A stretch of 64,000 nucleotides of DNA from Candidatus Poribacteria bacterium (GCA_964291315.2 OZ219750.1:586351-650350), one strand, 5' to 3'; shown: positions 38,603 to 48,922, counted from the first letter of the stretch. The notes: generated from the sequence alone by a model not told the origin. Numbers and translations: made by a program.

Positions 38603-38684
38603 TCAGTAATCAGTTATCAGTAAGTTATTATGGTAGGTGAGAACGCTGGCAGCTACCACGCTTTTCACTGATAATTGATAACTA
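38603..38684. repeat. Heptamer-based inverted repeat element
   Basis: TCAGTAA-TCAGTTA-TCAGTAA ... CTGATAA-TTGATAA-CTA. Confidence 0.65.
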
Positions 38685-41600
38685 TTAAAGGGTCCGAGAA
38701 TAATCTTGAAGAGACCTGACAGTGATATCTCCGCGTTGCAGAGCGTCAATAGCGTGAACGGCTGCAGCTGCGCCAGGAATAGTTGAGAAGATCGGAATAT
38801 CGTGTGTTATTGCCATCTCGCGAATTAACAGTTCATTCGAGCGGTGTGAATCGCCGCTCGGTGTATTGATAATCATGTCAACAGCGTGATTTTTGATATA
38901 ATCGTGAATAGTTGGTCTTCCTTTTCCGATGCTAAAGACGAGTTCTGCCTTCATCCCGCTGCGGAGTAAGACCTTCGCGGTTCCATGTGTAGCGATGAGT
39001 TCAAAGCCCATATCTGTGAGTTTCTTAGCGATGAAAATAATTGAACGTTTGTCTTTGTTTCTAACACTGATGAAGACTTTTCCGCCTAATGGTAGTGTGT
39101 AGCCGCAAGCCTTTTGAGCCTTTGCGAACGCACGAGAAAAGTCTGTATCGATGCCCATTACCTCTCCCGTGGATTTCATTTCGGGGCCAAGTCGGGTATT
39201 CGATCCCGGGAAGCGGTTAAACGGGAAAACCGGTGCCTTGACGCTGAAATATGCCGGTTCAATTTCGCGTGTGAATTCGAGTTCAGTGAGCGTTTTGCCG
39301 GCCATCACGCGCGCTGCAAGCTTCGCTAGCGGCACCCCTATTGCTTTGCTAACAAAAGGAATGGTTCGAGACGCCCGGGGATTTACCTCAAGTACGTAAA
39401 TTTCATCGTTTTTTATCGCGTATTGGACGTTCATCAAACCGCGCACATGTAGTGCTTGTGCTAAGGCGTAGGTGAAAGTCTTTAGTTGTCCAATCTGTTC
39501 ATCTACGAGTGTATACGGTGGCAACACACAATCGCTATCTCCTGAATGAATACCTGCTTCTTCAATGTGCTCCATGATACCGCCGATGACGGTGAGATTT
39601 CCGTCAGATATAGCATCAACGTCTACTTCGATTGCTTCTTCAAGGTATTTATCGATCAGTACCGGATGTTCAGGTGAGGCTTGGACAGCAGAGTGCATAT
39701 ATTCGTGCAGGAGTTCTTCATCGTAAACAATTTGCATTGCACGTCCGCCTAAGACATAAGAAGGACGGACAATAACCGGATAACCGAGCGTGGCGGCAAT
39801 CGGGGCAGCTTCCTCGCTTGATGTCGCTGTGCCGTTAGGCGGTTGCATTAGTCCGATTTCATCTAGCACCGCTTTGAAAAGTTTCCTGTCCTCAGAACGA
39901 GCAATGTCTTCAGGACTCGTGCCAATTATAGGGACACCTGCCTCTTTGAGCTCGATGGCGAGATTTAAAGGAGTCTGCCCACCAAACTGAACAATGACAC
40001 CGAGGGGCTTCTCCTTGTGGTAAATGTTTAGAACGTCTTCGCACGTCAACGGCTCAAAATAGAGGCGGTCAGAAGTGTCATAATCCGTGCTGACAGTTTC
40101 CGGGTTACTGTTTACCATAATGGTTTCGTAACCGTCGGTCTTGAGGGCAAGTGCGGCATGGACACAGCAGTAGTCGAATTCGATGCCTTGTCCGATGCGG
40201 TTCGGTCCTCCGCCGAGGATCATAATTTTCGGTTCATCAGACCGACGTATCTCATCTTCGCTCGAATAGGTAGAATAGTAGTAAGGTGTTTCCGCCTCAA
40301 ACTCAGCGGCGCAAGTGTCAACTGTTTTGAAAGTGGCTTCAATACCGAGATCTTCTCGGCATTTACGGATAGTTTCATCAGATACATCGTAGATGGCCCC
40401 TAGCTGGCGATCAGAAAACCCGAATTGTTTTGCTTGTTGCAAGAGGTGCTTTGTTGGCCCGCTGCCTGATCCACCGTTCTGTGGTGCCTGATTTGAAACA
40501 GCGCTTTGCAAATGCTGCTTTACACATTGTTGGGCATCAGCTTGGGACAAAGTCTGCTCAAAATCAACGATTTCCTTCAGGTTGTAGAGGAAAAACGGGT
40601 CTATGTGTGTGTAGGCATTAATTTCTTCAATGCTCATGCCACGAGTGAGTGCTGCCTTGATGTAAAAGATACGCTGCACGTTTGGAATGCTCAGTTTACT
40701 CGGAAGTTCGGACAACGGAAGTTCATCTAGCGGATGATTATCCAAGCCGGTCCAACCTGTTTCCAATGAACGTAATCCTTTCTGTAGTGCCTCTTTAAAA
40801 GTTCTACCGATTGCCATTGCTTCGCCGACCGATTTCATTTGTGTTGTGAGCGTTGCGTCGGTACCTTGGAATTTTTCAAATGCCCAGCGGGGAATCTTGA
40901 CAACAACGTAATCTATTGTAGGTTCGAAACATGCAGGCGTTTCAGCCGTAATGTCGTTCGGGATTTCGTCTAAATTGTAGCCGACAGCCAATTTTGCGGC
41001 GATTTTAGCGATCGGAAATCCGGTGGCTTTTGAGGCGAGGGCAGAACTCCTTGAGACACGCGGGTTCATTTCAATAATAACTTGTTTACCTGTTTTAGGA
41101 TCAACAGCAAATTGGATATTCGAGCCTCCTGTGTCAACACCGATTTCGCGGATAATTTTAATCGCCGAATCCCGCATTAATTGATATTCTTTGTCTGTTA
41201 ATGTTTGAACGGGGGCTACGGTAATGCTATCACCGGTGTGGATTCCCATAGGATCGACATTTTCAATTGAACATATTATGACGACGTTATCCGCGCCGTC
41301 TCGCATCACTTCCAGTTCAAATTCCTTCCACCCAATAACCGATTCTTCGATAAGCAATTCATTGATTGGGCTTAGGGTGAGGCCTGCTGTGACCATTTTT
41401 TCGTATTCTTCAATATTATAAGCAATTCCACCGCCAGTCCCTCCGAGGGTAAATGCTGGCCGGATGATTGCCGGGAAGCCAATTTGTCTGACCAGGTCCA
41501 TTGCTTCTTGCACGCAGTGCGCGATGCCACTCTGAGGCACCGCCAATCCAATTTCTAGCATTGCCTCTTTGAAAAGAGCGCGGTTCTCTGCTTTTTGGAT

Positions 41601-41966
41601 AGCTGGTAGCTTGGCACCGATGAGTTCAACCCCGCACTTATCTAATACGCCGGATTCTGCAAGTTCAACAGACACGTTCAAAGCGGTTTGCCCACCGAGC
41701 GTTGGTAATAATGCTTGTGGGCGTTCTTTAGCGATGATGAGTTCTACTGTGTCTGCTGTAATCGGCTCAATATATGTCTGATCAGCAAAATCCGGATCGG
41801 TCATGATAGTAGCCGGGTTACTATTGACGAGGGTAACCTCATACCCCTCCTCTTTAAGTGCTTTACATGCTTGCGTTCCGGAGTAGTCAAACTCACACGC
41901 TTGGCCAATAATGATTGCACCAGATCCGATAATTAAGATCTTTTCTATGTCTGTTCGCTTTGGCAT
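38685..41966 (-). CDS. carB: Carbamoyl-phosphate synthase large subunit
   Basis: [28 protein letters not shown]; two ATP-grasp domains; MGS domain. Confidence 0.98.
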   Translation of the reverse strand: MPKRTDIEKILIIGSGAIIIGQACEFDYSGTQACKALKEEGYEVTLVNSNPATIMTDPDFADQTYIEPITADTVELIIAKERPQALLPTLGGQTALNVSVELAESGVLDKCGVELIGAKLPAIQKAENRALFKEAMLEIGLAVPQSGIAHCVQEAMDLVRQIGFPAIIRPAFTLGGTGGGIAYNIEEYEKMVTAGLTLSPINELLIEESVIGWKEFELEVMRDGADNVVIICSIENVDPMGIHTGDSITVAPVQTLTDKEYQLMRDSAIKIIREIGVDTGGSNIQFAVDPKTGKQVIIEMNPRVSRSSALASKATGFPIAKIAAKLAVGYNLDEIPNDITAETPACFEPTIDYVVVKIPRWAFEKFQGTDATLTTQMKSVGEAMAIGRTFKEALQKGLRSLETGWTGLDNHPLDELPLSELPSKLSIPNVQRIFYIKAALTRGMSIEEINAYTHIDPFFLYNLKEIVDFEQTLSQADAQQCVKQHLQSAVSNQAPQNGGSGSGPTKHLLQQAKQFGFSDRQLGAIYDVSDETIRKCREDLGIEATFKTVDTCAAEFEAETPYYYSTYSSEDEIRRSDEPKIMILGGGPNRIGQGIEFDYCCVHAALALKTDGYETIMVNSNPETVSTDYDTSDRLYFEPLTCEDVLNIYHKEKPLGVIVQFGGQTPLNLAIELKEAGVPIIGTSPEDIARSEDRKLFKAVLDEIGLMQPPNGTATSSEEAAPIAATLGYPVIVRPSYVLGGRAMQIVYDEELLHEYMHSAVQASPEHPVLIDKYLEEAIEVDVDAISDGNLTVIGGIMEHIEEAGIHSGDSDCVLPPYTLVDEQIGQLKTFTYALAQALHVRGLMNVQYAIKNDEIYVLEVNPRASRTIPFVSKAIGVPLAKLAARVMAGKTLTELEFTREIEPAYFSVKAPVFPFNRFPGSNTRLGPEMKSTGEVMGIDTDFSRAFAKAQKACGYTLPLGGKVFISVRNKDKRSIIFIAKKLTDMGFELIATHGTAKVLLRSGMKAELVFSIGKGRPTIHDYIKNHAVDMIINTPSGDSHRSNELLIREMAITHDIPIFSTIPGAAAAVHAIDALQRGDITVRSLQDYSRTL

Positions 41967-42039
41967 GATTAATTTCGGCTATCGTTTATGAGCTCTCAAT
42001 TAAATAAGAAATTTTTCGTTTCAAAGATGCTAGTCGTAA

Positions 42040-43140
42040 CTACTGACGCTTTTCCGCCTCTATCATTTCTGTAAAGCGCGAAAAGAGATAACTTGCATCG
42101 TGGGGCCCTGGAGATGCCTCCGGATGATACTGCACAGAAAAAATTGGATACTCCCGGTGTTGTATCCCTTCTAGTGTGTTATCATTTAAGTTCACATGGG
42201 TAATGTCAACATTATTCGGTAGCGAGTCAATGTCGACACAGAATCCGTGGTTCTGTGAAGTAATTTCGACCCGGTCGGTTTCGAGATGTTTGACGGGTTG
42301 ATTCGCCCCGCGATGTCCGAACTTCAGTTTGAACGTTTTCCCACCGAGGGCAAGCCCTAAAAGTTGGTGCCCCAAACAGATGCCGAAAAGCGGTTTTTTG
42401 CCTACCAAACCTCTTATTGTCTCTATTGCGTACTTGACTGGCATCGGATCGCCCGGACCATTTGATAAAAGGACTCCATCTGGCTCCGCATCGAGAATCT
42501 CTTCAGCGGTTGTTTGTGCTGGCACGACTTGAACTTGGCATCTGTGTTCTGTGAGTTGACGTAAGATGTTATATTTAATACCGAAGTCGAGAGCTACTAC
42601 ACGGTATTTAGCGTTGCCTCTGTTTTTTTCTTGGTGCTGCCAGGCGTAGGCATTCGGACATGTCACACGTTGGACTAAATCCCAACCAACTAAGCCGTGC
42701 CATGCTTTGGCTTTCGCGACAAGGGACTCGGGATTCAAATTTTCTGTAGAGAGGCATCCGTTCATAACACCGCGCACCCGAAGACGGCGGGCGAGTGCCC
42801 GGGTATCAATTCCTTGGATGCCGATGATGCCGTGCTCGGCAAGATAGGTGTCTAAGCTCCATTGTGACCGCCAATTGCTATGGTATGCGCTGTATTCACG
42901 GACCGAAAACCCCTCGAGCTGTGGGCCCATGGATTCAACATCTCCTTCATTGCAGCCGTAATTACCGATCAACGGATATGTCATTGTAACGATTTGCCCA
43001 TTATAGGAGGGGTCGGTCAAAACTTCCTGATACCCCGTCATGCTGGTGTTAAAGACAACCTCGCCAACTGTTTCCCCGGTTCCCCCGAATTGTTCACCTT
43101 CAAAAACTGTTCCGTCGGCTAATGCTAGAATCGCTTTCAT
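42040..43140 (-). CDS. carA: Carbamoyl-phosphate synthase small subunit
   Basis: GEVVFNTSMTGYQE, SNGPGDP, GICLGHQ, QYHPE. Confidence 0.98.
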   Translation of the reverse strand: MKAILALADGTVFEGEQFGGTGETVGEVVFNTSMTGYQEVLTDPSYNGQIVTMTYPLIGNYGCNEGDVESMGPQLEGFSVREYSAYHSNWRSQWSLDTYLAEHGIIGIQGIDTRALARRLRVRGVMNGCLSTENLNPESLVAKAKAWHGLVGWDLVQRVTCPNAYAWQHQEKNRGNAKYRVVALDFGIKYNILRQLTEHRCQVQVVPAQTTAEEILDAEPDGVLLSNGPGDPMPVKYAIETIRGLVGKKPLFGICLGHQLLGLALGGKTFKLKFGHRGANQPVKHLETDRVEITSQNHGFCVDIDSLPNNVDITHVNLNDNTLEGIQHREYPIFSVQYHPEASPGPHDASYLFSRFTEMIEAEKRQ

Positions 43141-44507
43141 ATTTTTCCCCCTTCCCGGAGTGTAATTGTCTGCCAGCCTTTAACTTCCCACCCCGCAAAC
43201 GGAGTGTTTCGACTTTTTGATCGAGATTTTGTTATGTCAATTTGATTAATCGAATCAATATTGATGACGGTGACATCTCCGGCTGCACCGACGGACAGTG
43301 TCCCGCGGTTGATACCGAGTATATTTGCTGGAATTGAGGTCATTTTTGCGATTGCTTCTCTCAATGTAAGATGTCCCGGCTGGACCAGGTACGTAAATAC
43401 AAGCGGTAGGCATGTCTCCAAGCCAATAATTCCGTTCGGAGCCTCAAGCATGCCTTGTGCTTTTTCAAAAGGTGCATGGGGTGCATGGTCGGTTGCAATT
43501 GCATCAATTGTCCCGTCGCGCAACCCCTCAATAATCGCATCTATATCTGCCTTTGTGCGTAGCGGCGGATGCATTTTTGCATTTGTTCCGTGCTTTTCTA
43601 CCTCTACATCGGTAAGAAGCCAGTGGTGCGGACACGCCTCGGCAGTTACATGAACGCCTCGTTCTTTGGCTTGCCGTATTAACTCAACCGCACCCGTTGT
43701 GCTGACATGGAGCACATGAAGGTGCCCGCCAGTCATCCCTGCTAGCAGAATATCGCGTGCGACGATAATGTCCTCCGCCGCATTTGGACTACCGGTAAGC
43801 CCTAATTTTCGCGAAGTTTCCCCCAAATTCATGACAGCGCCGGCGTTGAGGTTATGTTCTTCACAGTGAACCATAATCGGGAAACCGAGTTCTGCGCTCA
43901 GGGCGAGTGCGTCGCGCATAAGTGCGGCATCCATGACTGTGATGCCGTCGTCACTAAAACCGACTGCTCCAGCGGAATGCATGCCACGCATATCGGTGAG
44001 TTCATTGCCGGCAAGATCCTTGGTGATACTACCAAAAGGGAATACGTTGGTGCTTGCAGTTTCTCTAGCGATATCATAAATTTCTTCAACCCTTTCAGGG
44101 GTGTCTATCACCGGGGACGTATTCGCCATACAAGCGACCGATGTGAATCCACCTGCTGCTGCCGCAGCCGTACCGGTGCCGATCGTTTCTTTATGCTCAA
44201 ACCCCGGTTCACGAAGGTGAACATGCATGTCAATTAAACCCGGGGCAACAATCAAACCCGTTGCATCGTAGACATCAGAGTAGTTCTCGGTTTTCGGTTC
44301 TCGATTCTCAGATCTTATAGGAGGGATTTGTGGCCCCACATACTTTCTGTCCACAAAGTTCTTTTGCTGGTTGCTCCCCGCAGATTGCTGCTTGTTGTTA
44401 ACATTGACTCGGGCAATTCTGCCATCAACGATAACGAGATCGCCGTTTCCGTTAATGTTATTAGCTGGATCGATGATATGCCCGTTAGCAATAACTGCGT
44501 TGTTCAT
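43137..44507 (-). CDS. pyrC: Dihydroorotase (long type) with an in-frame repeat-derived insertion
   Basis: PGLIDMHVHLREPG, HVST, ATDHAPH, SRNTPF. Confidence 0.95.
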   Translation of the reverse strand: MNNAVIANGHIIDPANNINGNGDLVIVDGRIARVNVNNKQQSAGSNQQKNFVDRKYVGPQIPPIRSENREPKTENYSDVYDATGLIVAPGLIDMHVHLREPGFEHKETIGTGTAAAAAGGFTSVACMANTSPVIDTPERVEEIYDIARETASTNVFPFGSITKDLAGNELTDMRGMHSAGAVGFSDDGITVMDAALMRDALALSAELGFPIMVHCEEHNLNAGAVMNLGETSRKLGLTGSPNAAEDIIVARDILLAGMTGGHLHVLHVSTTGAVELIRQAKERGVHVTAEACPHHWLLTDVEVEKHGTNAKMHPPLRTKADIDAIIEGLRDGTIDAIATDHAPHAPFEKAQGMLEAPNGIIGLETCLPLVFTYLVQPGHLTLREAIAKMTSIPANILGINRGTLSVGAAGDVTVINIDSINQIDITKSRSKSRNTPFAGWEVKGWQTITLREGGKI

Positions 44508-45058
44508 TCATCCTCTCTTTCGTAAATGATTGCTGCGTCTATTCCACGATCGTCGGCGAGCTGCACTCGAACAAATTCTTTGCGGGATGTCGGAACATTT
44601 TTGCCGACATAGTCAGCAGCAATTGGCAATTCGCGATGGCCTCTGTCAATCAGGGTAGCTAGTTGGATTGCTGCGGGTCTACCGAAATCCATTAGAGCAT
44701 CCATTGCGGCGCGGACTGTGCGGCCTGTATAGAGAACCTCGTCTACCAAGATGACCCATTTTCCGGTAATATCAAAAGAAATCTCGGTGCTGTTAACTTG
44801 GATTTGGTTCTCATACAGATTAATATCATCACGGTAGAGCGTGACATCAATGGCACCGACAGCAACGTCAATGTTTTCGATGCATTCAAGATTTTCAGCA
44901 ATGCGGTGGGCGATAATATCGCCTCGACTTTTAACGCCGACGAGCACAAGATCACCGATCCGCTTATGGTTCTGCTCTAAAATTTCGTGAGCGATTCTGA
45001 GTAAAGCGCGACGAATTTCCTCAGCATTCATAACTTGAGCTTTTTCGCGCATTTCCAT
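44504..45058 (-). CDS. pyrR: Pyrimidine operon attenuation regulator / UPRTase PyrR
   Basis: RIAHEILE, DVTLYRDD, VDEVLYTGRTVRAA, DRGHRELPI.ADYVGKN. Confidence 0.95.
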   Translation of the reverse strand: MEMREKAQVMNAEEIRRALLRIAHEILEQNHKRIGDLVLVGVKSRGDIIAHRIAENLECIENIDVAVGAIDVTLYRDDINLYENQIQVNSTEISFDITGKWVILVDEVLYTGRTVRAAMDALMDFGRPAAIQLATLIDRGHRELPIAADYVGKNVPTSRKEFVRVQLADDRGIDAAIIYEREDE

Positions 45059-45095
45059 TTGTTCATCCTATATCAATGTATGGCGTTGCCGATAT

Positions 45096-45134
45096 AAACA
45101 AAAAACCTCTCCCGTCTAATGTAACGAGAAAGGC
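45096..45134 (-). terminator. Attenuator terminator in the pyr leader
   Basis: Minus strand GCCTTTCTCGT-TACATTAG-ACGGGAGAGGT-TTTTTGTTT. Confidence 0.8.
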
Positions 45135-45184
45135 TGCATCTAGTCTATTTCAATTTATAATTTTGATTCAAATTGTGATCTTGC

Positions 45185-45223
45185 ATCCTTTTTTCAACCT
45201 CTCTGGATTGGATTAAAAAAGAT
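45185..45223 (-). ncRNA. PyrR-binding RNA element (anti-antiterminator)
   Basis: Minus strand AUCUUUUUUAAUCCAAUCCAGAGAGGUUGAAAAAAGGAU matches the UUUAA...ARUCCnGnGAGGYU consensus. Confidence 0.88.
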
Positions 45224-45252
45224 TCCTTGATGTTATCAAGCTACTTTCATAT

Positions 45253-45281
45253 ATTATACCATATTCATCTTTTAATTACAA
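45253..45281 (-). promoter_or_regulatory. sigma70 promoter of the pyr operon
   Basis: Minus strand TTGTAA-N17-TATAAT with extended -10 TGn. Confidence 0.65.
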
Positions 45282-45455
45282 ATTTTTATCTTTATCAGGA
45301 TCTCTAAGATAGACCATGACGAGAAACATTTTTGTACTAAAATTGAGATAACGAGCCGCTGCTACCAGATGCACGATTTTATCTGTAGAGTCGTAGGTGT
45401 TTCAAACGCTCCATAAACTGCGGTTAATTTATGTGTTTCATGGATTGACATCAAA

Positions 45456-46238
45456 TTAATTTTCTTGTATGGCACTGATTTCATCTTCTGAAATTTTATG
45501 GACGCTTTTCGGGTTAAATGTCTGCGTTGTGTCAAAGCGCAATGCGACCTCAATCCTGCCGCCTGTCAATACAAAGAACTGAATCAGAAAACCGCCTCCC
45601 TGCATCGACTCTACCTGATATTCTTCTTCATCAAGGTTTTCCAACCATGTCGGTAGAGCCTCTTCAAATTTCGGGTGCGCGACGACGTTCTCTGGCAGCG
45701 CTATAATCAAAGTGCCAGGAGCCTGGCCGATTGCCTCCCCGATAACTTGGCGTTTTTCCACCATGAAGGGCACAACGCGGTTCGCATATTCAAAGTCATC
45801 AGCCGTCGTTCGTTCAGGCGGCACAAGTCCCCAGGTCAGATGATGGATAAACGGGTTCCCATATCCTTGGCTAAGCATATGTTGTAGTGCTAGTTTGTCA
45901 ATAGGATGTACAACAGCAACGTAGTCAAACCATCCTTCGCTGCGGGCAGAACTAGCCGCTGTCAATTGTGCAGAGACATTGATATAATCGTAACCATCAA
46001 CAGGGGATGGATAACACCGCGCATCCCATCCGTTGACGTAACCGAGTCGTTTTAGACCCTCTGCCACAAGGTGCGGTGGATCACAGAAAATCGCAGCGTG
46101 ATCCATATTGGCGTGAAGCTTTACACCGGCTCCTATGACGCTTTCTGCAACCGCAGTCGCTTCTTCGAAGCGGATATCTGCGTTTTCAATGCTCAAATAA
46201 TCAGAAAAATTTGTTGGTAATGCGATCAAGTTTTCCAT
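45456..46238 (-). CDS. Hypothetical protein (possibly VOC/glyoxalase-like fold)
   Basis: 260-aa ORF with RBS-like GAGA; DHAAIF, FIHHLTW and LIQFF...GGRIE.A.R loosely recall VOC metal-binding motifs. Confidence 0.6.
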   Translation of the reverse strand: MENLIALPTNFSDYLSIENADIRFEEATAVAESVIGAGVKLHANMDHAAIFCDPPHLVAEGLKRLGYVNGWDARCYPSPVDGYDYINVSAQLTAASSARSEGWFDYVAVVHPIDKLALQHMLSQGYGNPFIHHLTWGLVPPERTTADDFEYANRVVPFMVEKRQVIGEAIGQAPGTLIIALPENVVAHPKFEEALPTWLENLDEEEYQVESMQGGGFLIQFFVLTGGRIEVALRFDTTQTFNPKSVHKISEDEISAIQEN

Positions 46239-46299
46239 TTTTTCTCATTCATGTAAGTTTCATAAAAGAGTTAGAATTTAGGGCAGCGGGGTTCCGCGC

Positions 46300-46480
46300 T
46301 ATTTTGCAGAAGTTCAGAGTCGTTCGGGGCCGGTTTATGCTCTGACAACTGCACGCTGGCAACGGTGCGTATCTATTGACTTCGCAGTTCCTAAAGTTCC
46401 GATCCTGCAAGTGTTCCAACTGTGTCTGACTTTTCAGCAGATCGATCCGTGTTTCAATCAGCATCCGTTTCCTTCCCATT
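46300..46480 (-). mobile_element. IS982-family transposase C-terminal remnant
   Basis: RKRMLIETRIDLLKSQTQLEHLQDRNFRNCEVN resembles IS982-type RKR..IET..D.LKN..QIEH.RHRS..NF.VN. Confidence 0.6.
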
Positions 46481-46587
46481 CTCACACCGGAGCCTGTGAT
46501 ACTCATGGCAATTATTCCCTCCCACCACTGGGTGCGACCTCATTTTTCTCCACACCAAAACTATATAAAAAACCCGGTGGCCTAGAT

Positions 46588-46627
46588 TGCCGAGTTAGTT
46601 AAAAGAACTAAGATTTCGGGAGCCATT
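46588..46627. repeat. Copy 2 of the ~40-bp dispersed sequence
   Basis: GCCGAGTTAGTTAAAAGAACTAAGATTTCGGGAGCCATT. Confidence 0.65.
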
Positions 46628-46802
46628 AACTGTTAAAATGCGTTACCGAAACTACTGCTACCGGCATAGCCGGTGCAGCAGACACCTCAGGTTCTTCAAC
46701 TGAAGGTTGTAGTATCTGTGCATCTTGACCACACCCAAAGAGGCCGCCGAGGGTCAGCAAGGCGATTAACAGTATCGTTGCGGTTATATAGATGTTTTTC
46801 AT
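46626..46802 (-). pseudogene. Truncated lipoprotein gene (58 aa)
   Basis: RBS AAGGAG; MKNIYITATILLIALLTLGGLFGCGQDAQ...; stop coincides with the dispersed repeat; upstream TTGACA-N18-TAAAAT promoter near 46906-46935. Confidence 0.6.
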
Positions 46803-47199
46803 GTGAATTTCTCCTTCTATTTAGATTTTGCTATTGTAGGAACAAGCTCACGGGGTGTGCCTCCCTCATATTATCACCAATTTTTCATTTTTTTTAATTT
46901 TAGCAATTTTACACGAATAGACCTTATGGTGTCAAGCGAAAAATCAAAGGTATTGGCACGGAGCCTGAAATAGATGGCAGTTTTTAGCCATGCTACATTA
47001 TACCGTGAGTTTGAAAAAAGAGTTAGAGATAAAAAAACAGGAACCCCGTGGGGGATGGCTTGCAATTCAAAACCTGCTGTTAAAAGTTGTTGAAAAAAGT
47101 GTGTATCTCTGCTAATGTTAATATGGACTTGCTTTAGGGTGCAGCCTGCAAGCCCATATTCAAAAGGGTCACCTATACTTCAAAACAGAGGAGCAATTT

Positions 47200-47988
47200 A
47201 TGAGAAGAAACACCTTCCGAGAACTGTTAACTGCTGACAAACCTACTGTTGGCACGCATATCCATACTACCTGGCCCTCCATCGTTGAAGCGATTGGGCA
47301 CACTGGGATGTACGATTATGTCGAATTTGTGGGCGAATACGGCCCGTTTGATCTGCACGATCTCGATAATTTGTGCCGAGCAGCTGAACTTCACAATATC
47401 TCCACAATGATTAAAGTTGACCAGGAGCCACGCGGCTTCATCGCACAACGCGCAATTGGCTCTGGTTTCCAGAGCGTTCTTTACGCAGACTGTCAGAATG
47501 TCAAAGATGTCGAGGAATGCGTTCGTATTACCCGTGCCGATACCCCTGAAGATGGTGGCAGTTACGGTGTGGCGACCCGCCGTTTCTCCTATATGGGGTA
47601 CGGCGGCGGTCCAGAATACGTCCAGGCGCTCCGTGATGTCGTTGTTGTTATTATGATAGAAAAGAGAGGCACTGTTGAACACCTTGAGGAGGTCTTGTCT
47701 GTTGAAGGCGTTGATATGATTCAATGGGGCGGTTCAGATTATTCTATGAGTGTTGGAATGGTTGGTCAGCGCGGGGATCCTGAAATCCGTGAGGTACAAG
47801 ATAAGGTGTTTAAAACCGCAATAAAGATGGGCGTACCGCCGCGTGCTGAAATTGGAAGTGCCGATGACGCGAAACGCTATCTTGACATGGGGGTACGACA
47901 TTTTTGCATCGGCACGGATATCTCTATTCTCTACAGTTGGTGGCGAGAGCATGGTGGCGGGTTACGGAAGGCTATTGAGGGACACTAG
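47200..47988 (+). CDS. HpcH/HpaI aldolase family protein
   Basis: DYVEFVGEY, MIEK...VE.LEEVLSVEGVD....G.SDYSMS; RBS GAGGAG. Confidence 0.88.
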   Translation: MRRNTFRELLTADKPTVGTHIHTTWPSIVEAIGHTGMYDYVEFVGEYGPFDLHDLDNLCRAAELHNISTMIKVDQEPRGFIAQRAIGSGFQSVLYADCQNVKDVEECVRITRADTPEDGGSYGVATRRFSYMGYGGGPEYVQALRDVVVVIMIEKRGTVEHLEEVLSVEGVDMIQWGGSDYSMSVGMVGQRGDPEIREVQDKVFKTAIKMGVPPRAEIGSADDAKRYLDMGVRHFCIGTDISILYSWWREHGGGLRKAIEGH

Positions 47989-48010
47989 AAACCTTATTAG
48001 TTCGGATCAA

Positions 48011-48037
48011 CGCCGAGTGCACGGGTTGCACTCGGCG
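48011..48037. terminator. Hairpin terminator between convergent genes
   Basis: CGCCGAGTGCA-CGGGT-TGCACTCGGCG perfect 11-bp stem. Confidence 0.75.
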
Positions 48038-48108
48038 GGTTCTCATTTAAAAGAGTACTCTCGTTCAATAACCGTATCTCTTAATTAACCAACGGTAACT
48101 CACACCTA

Positions 48109-48837
48109 TTAGAGCATTACCTGCATTTTTTCTACTAGCCACTCCACAGCGACATCAATCATCGCTTGTCCTTTTTCAACCGTTGCTAACTTGGCTTGGT
48201 GGTGATATTCCCTATCCTCTTTTGCTTGTTCTTCGTTAGAGATCGTAAGTTTTGCTCTGTCGTAATCTACACCGTTCCAATCAACATTTTCCGCAAAAGC
48301 AGCGAGCGCGAACGCTGTCTCGAATTCTGCTGCGTGCCCCGGACAAATGCCGGATTCCATCTGCACCTTGACCAATTTTTCAGTATAAGCTTCCCAGTAG
48401 GAGTGAAATACGATATTAATGCCGAGTTTCTCTCGGTAACCGCTTAACCGATCGTTCACTGGCCCCGCGTTCCCCGCGTGCCCGTTGACAATCAAGATGT
48501 TGTCGATTCCATGTCGATGCACGCTATCAGCGACATCGTATAGCACCTCACCGAAGACTTCTGGGCGGAGTGTCAAGGTACCCTTGTGGTCCATCCAGTG
48601 CTCGGATACACCGATCGCTAAGGGTGTCGTGACGACAACCTGTGGAAATAACCTTTCGGCTACTAATTTAGAGACATGCACTGCACTTTGTGTATCATGA
48701 TACATTGCCAAGTGCTCATTGTGTTGTTCTGTGCTGCCTGTTGGAATAATCGCGCCCTTGAGTGTACCGGCATCAATCGCCTCTCGGATATACCGCCGTT
48801 GGTTTTCCCAAAGTAGCACGGATTTAATTTTGGACAT
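48109..48837 (-). CDS. Creatininase / creatinine amidohydrolase family protein
   Basis: PTGSTEQH..HL...D, GVSEHW....GTL, NGHAGN, GHAAEFET. Confidence 0.9.
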   Translation of the reverse strand: MSKIKSVLLWENQRRYIREAIDAGTLKGAIIPTGSTEQHNEHLAMYHDTQSAVHVSKLVAERLFPQVVVTTPLAIGVSEHWMDHKGTLTLRPEVFGEVLYDVADSVHRHGIDNILIVNGHAGNAGPVNDRLSGYREKLGINIVFHSYWEAYTEKLVKVQMESGICPGHAAEFETAFALAAFAENVDWNGVDYDRAKLTISNEEQAKEDREYHHQAKLATVEKGQAMIDVAVEWLVEKMQVML

Positions 48838-48922
48838 TGTTTAACTGACCTCCATATTTAGATGTGTAGGAGAAAAATAAATTTCTGGCCTCTACGTTAC
48901 TCCTTTTTAAATTTTCGGCATG

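Noticed and set aside
46954-46970. sigma54 promoter TGGCACGGAGCCTGA
   Set aside because: The -12 GC is missing (GA); not supportable.
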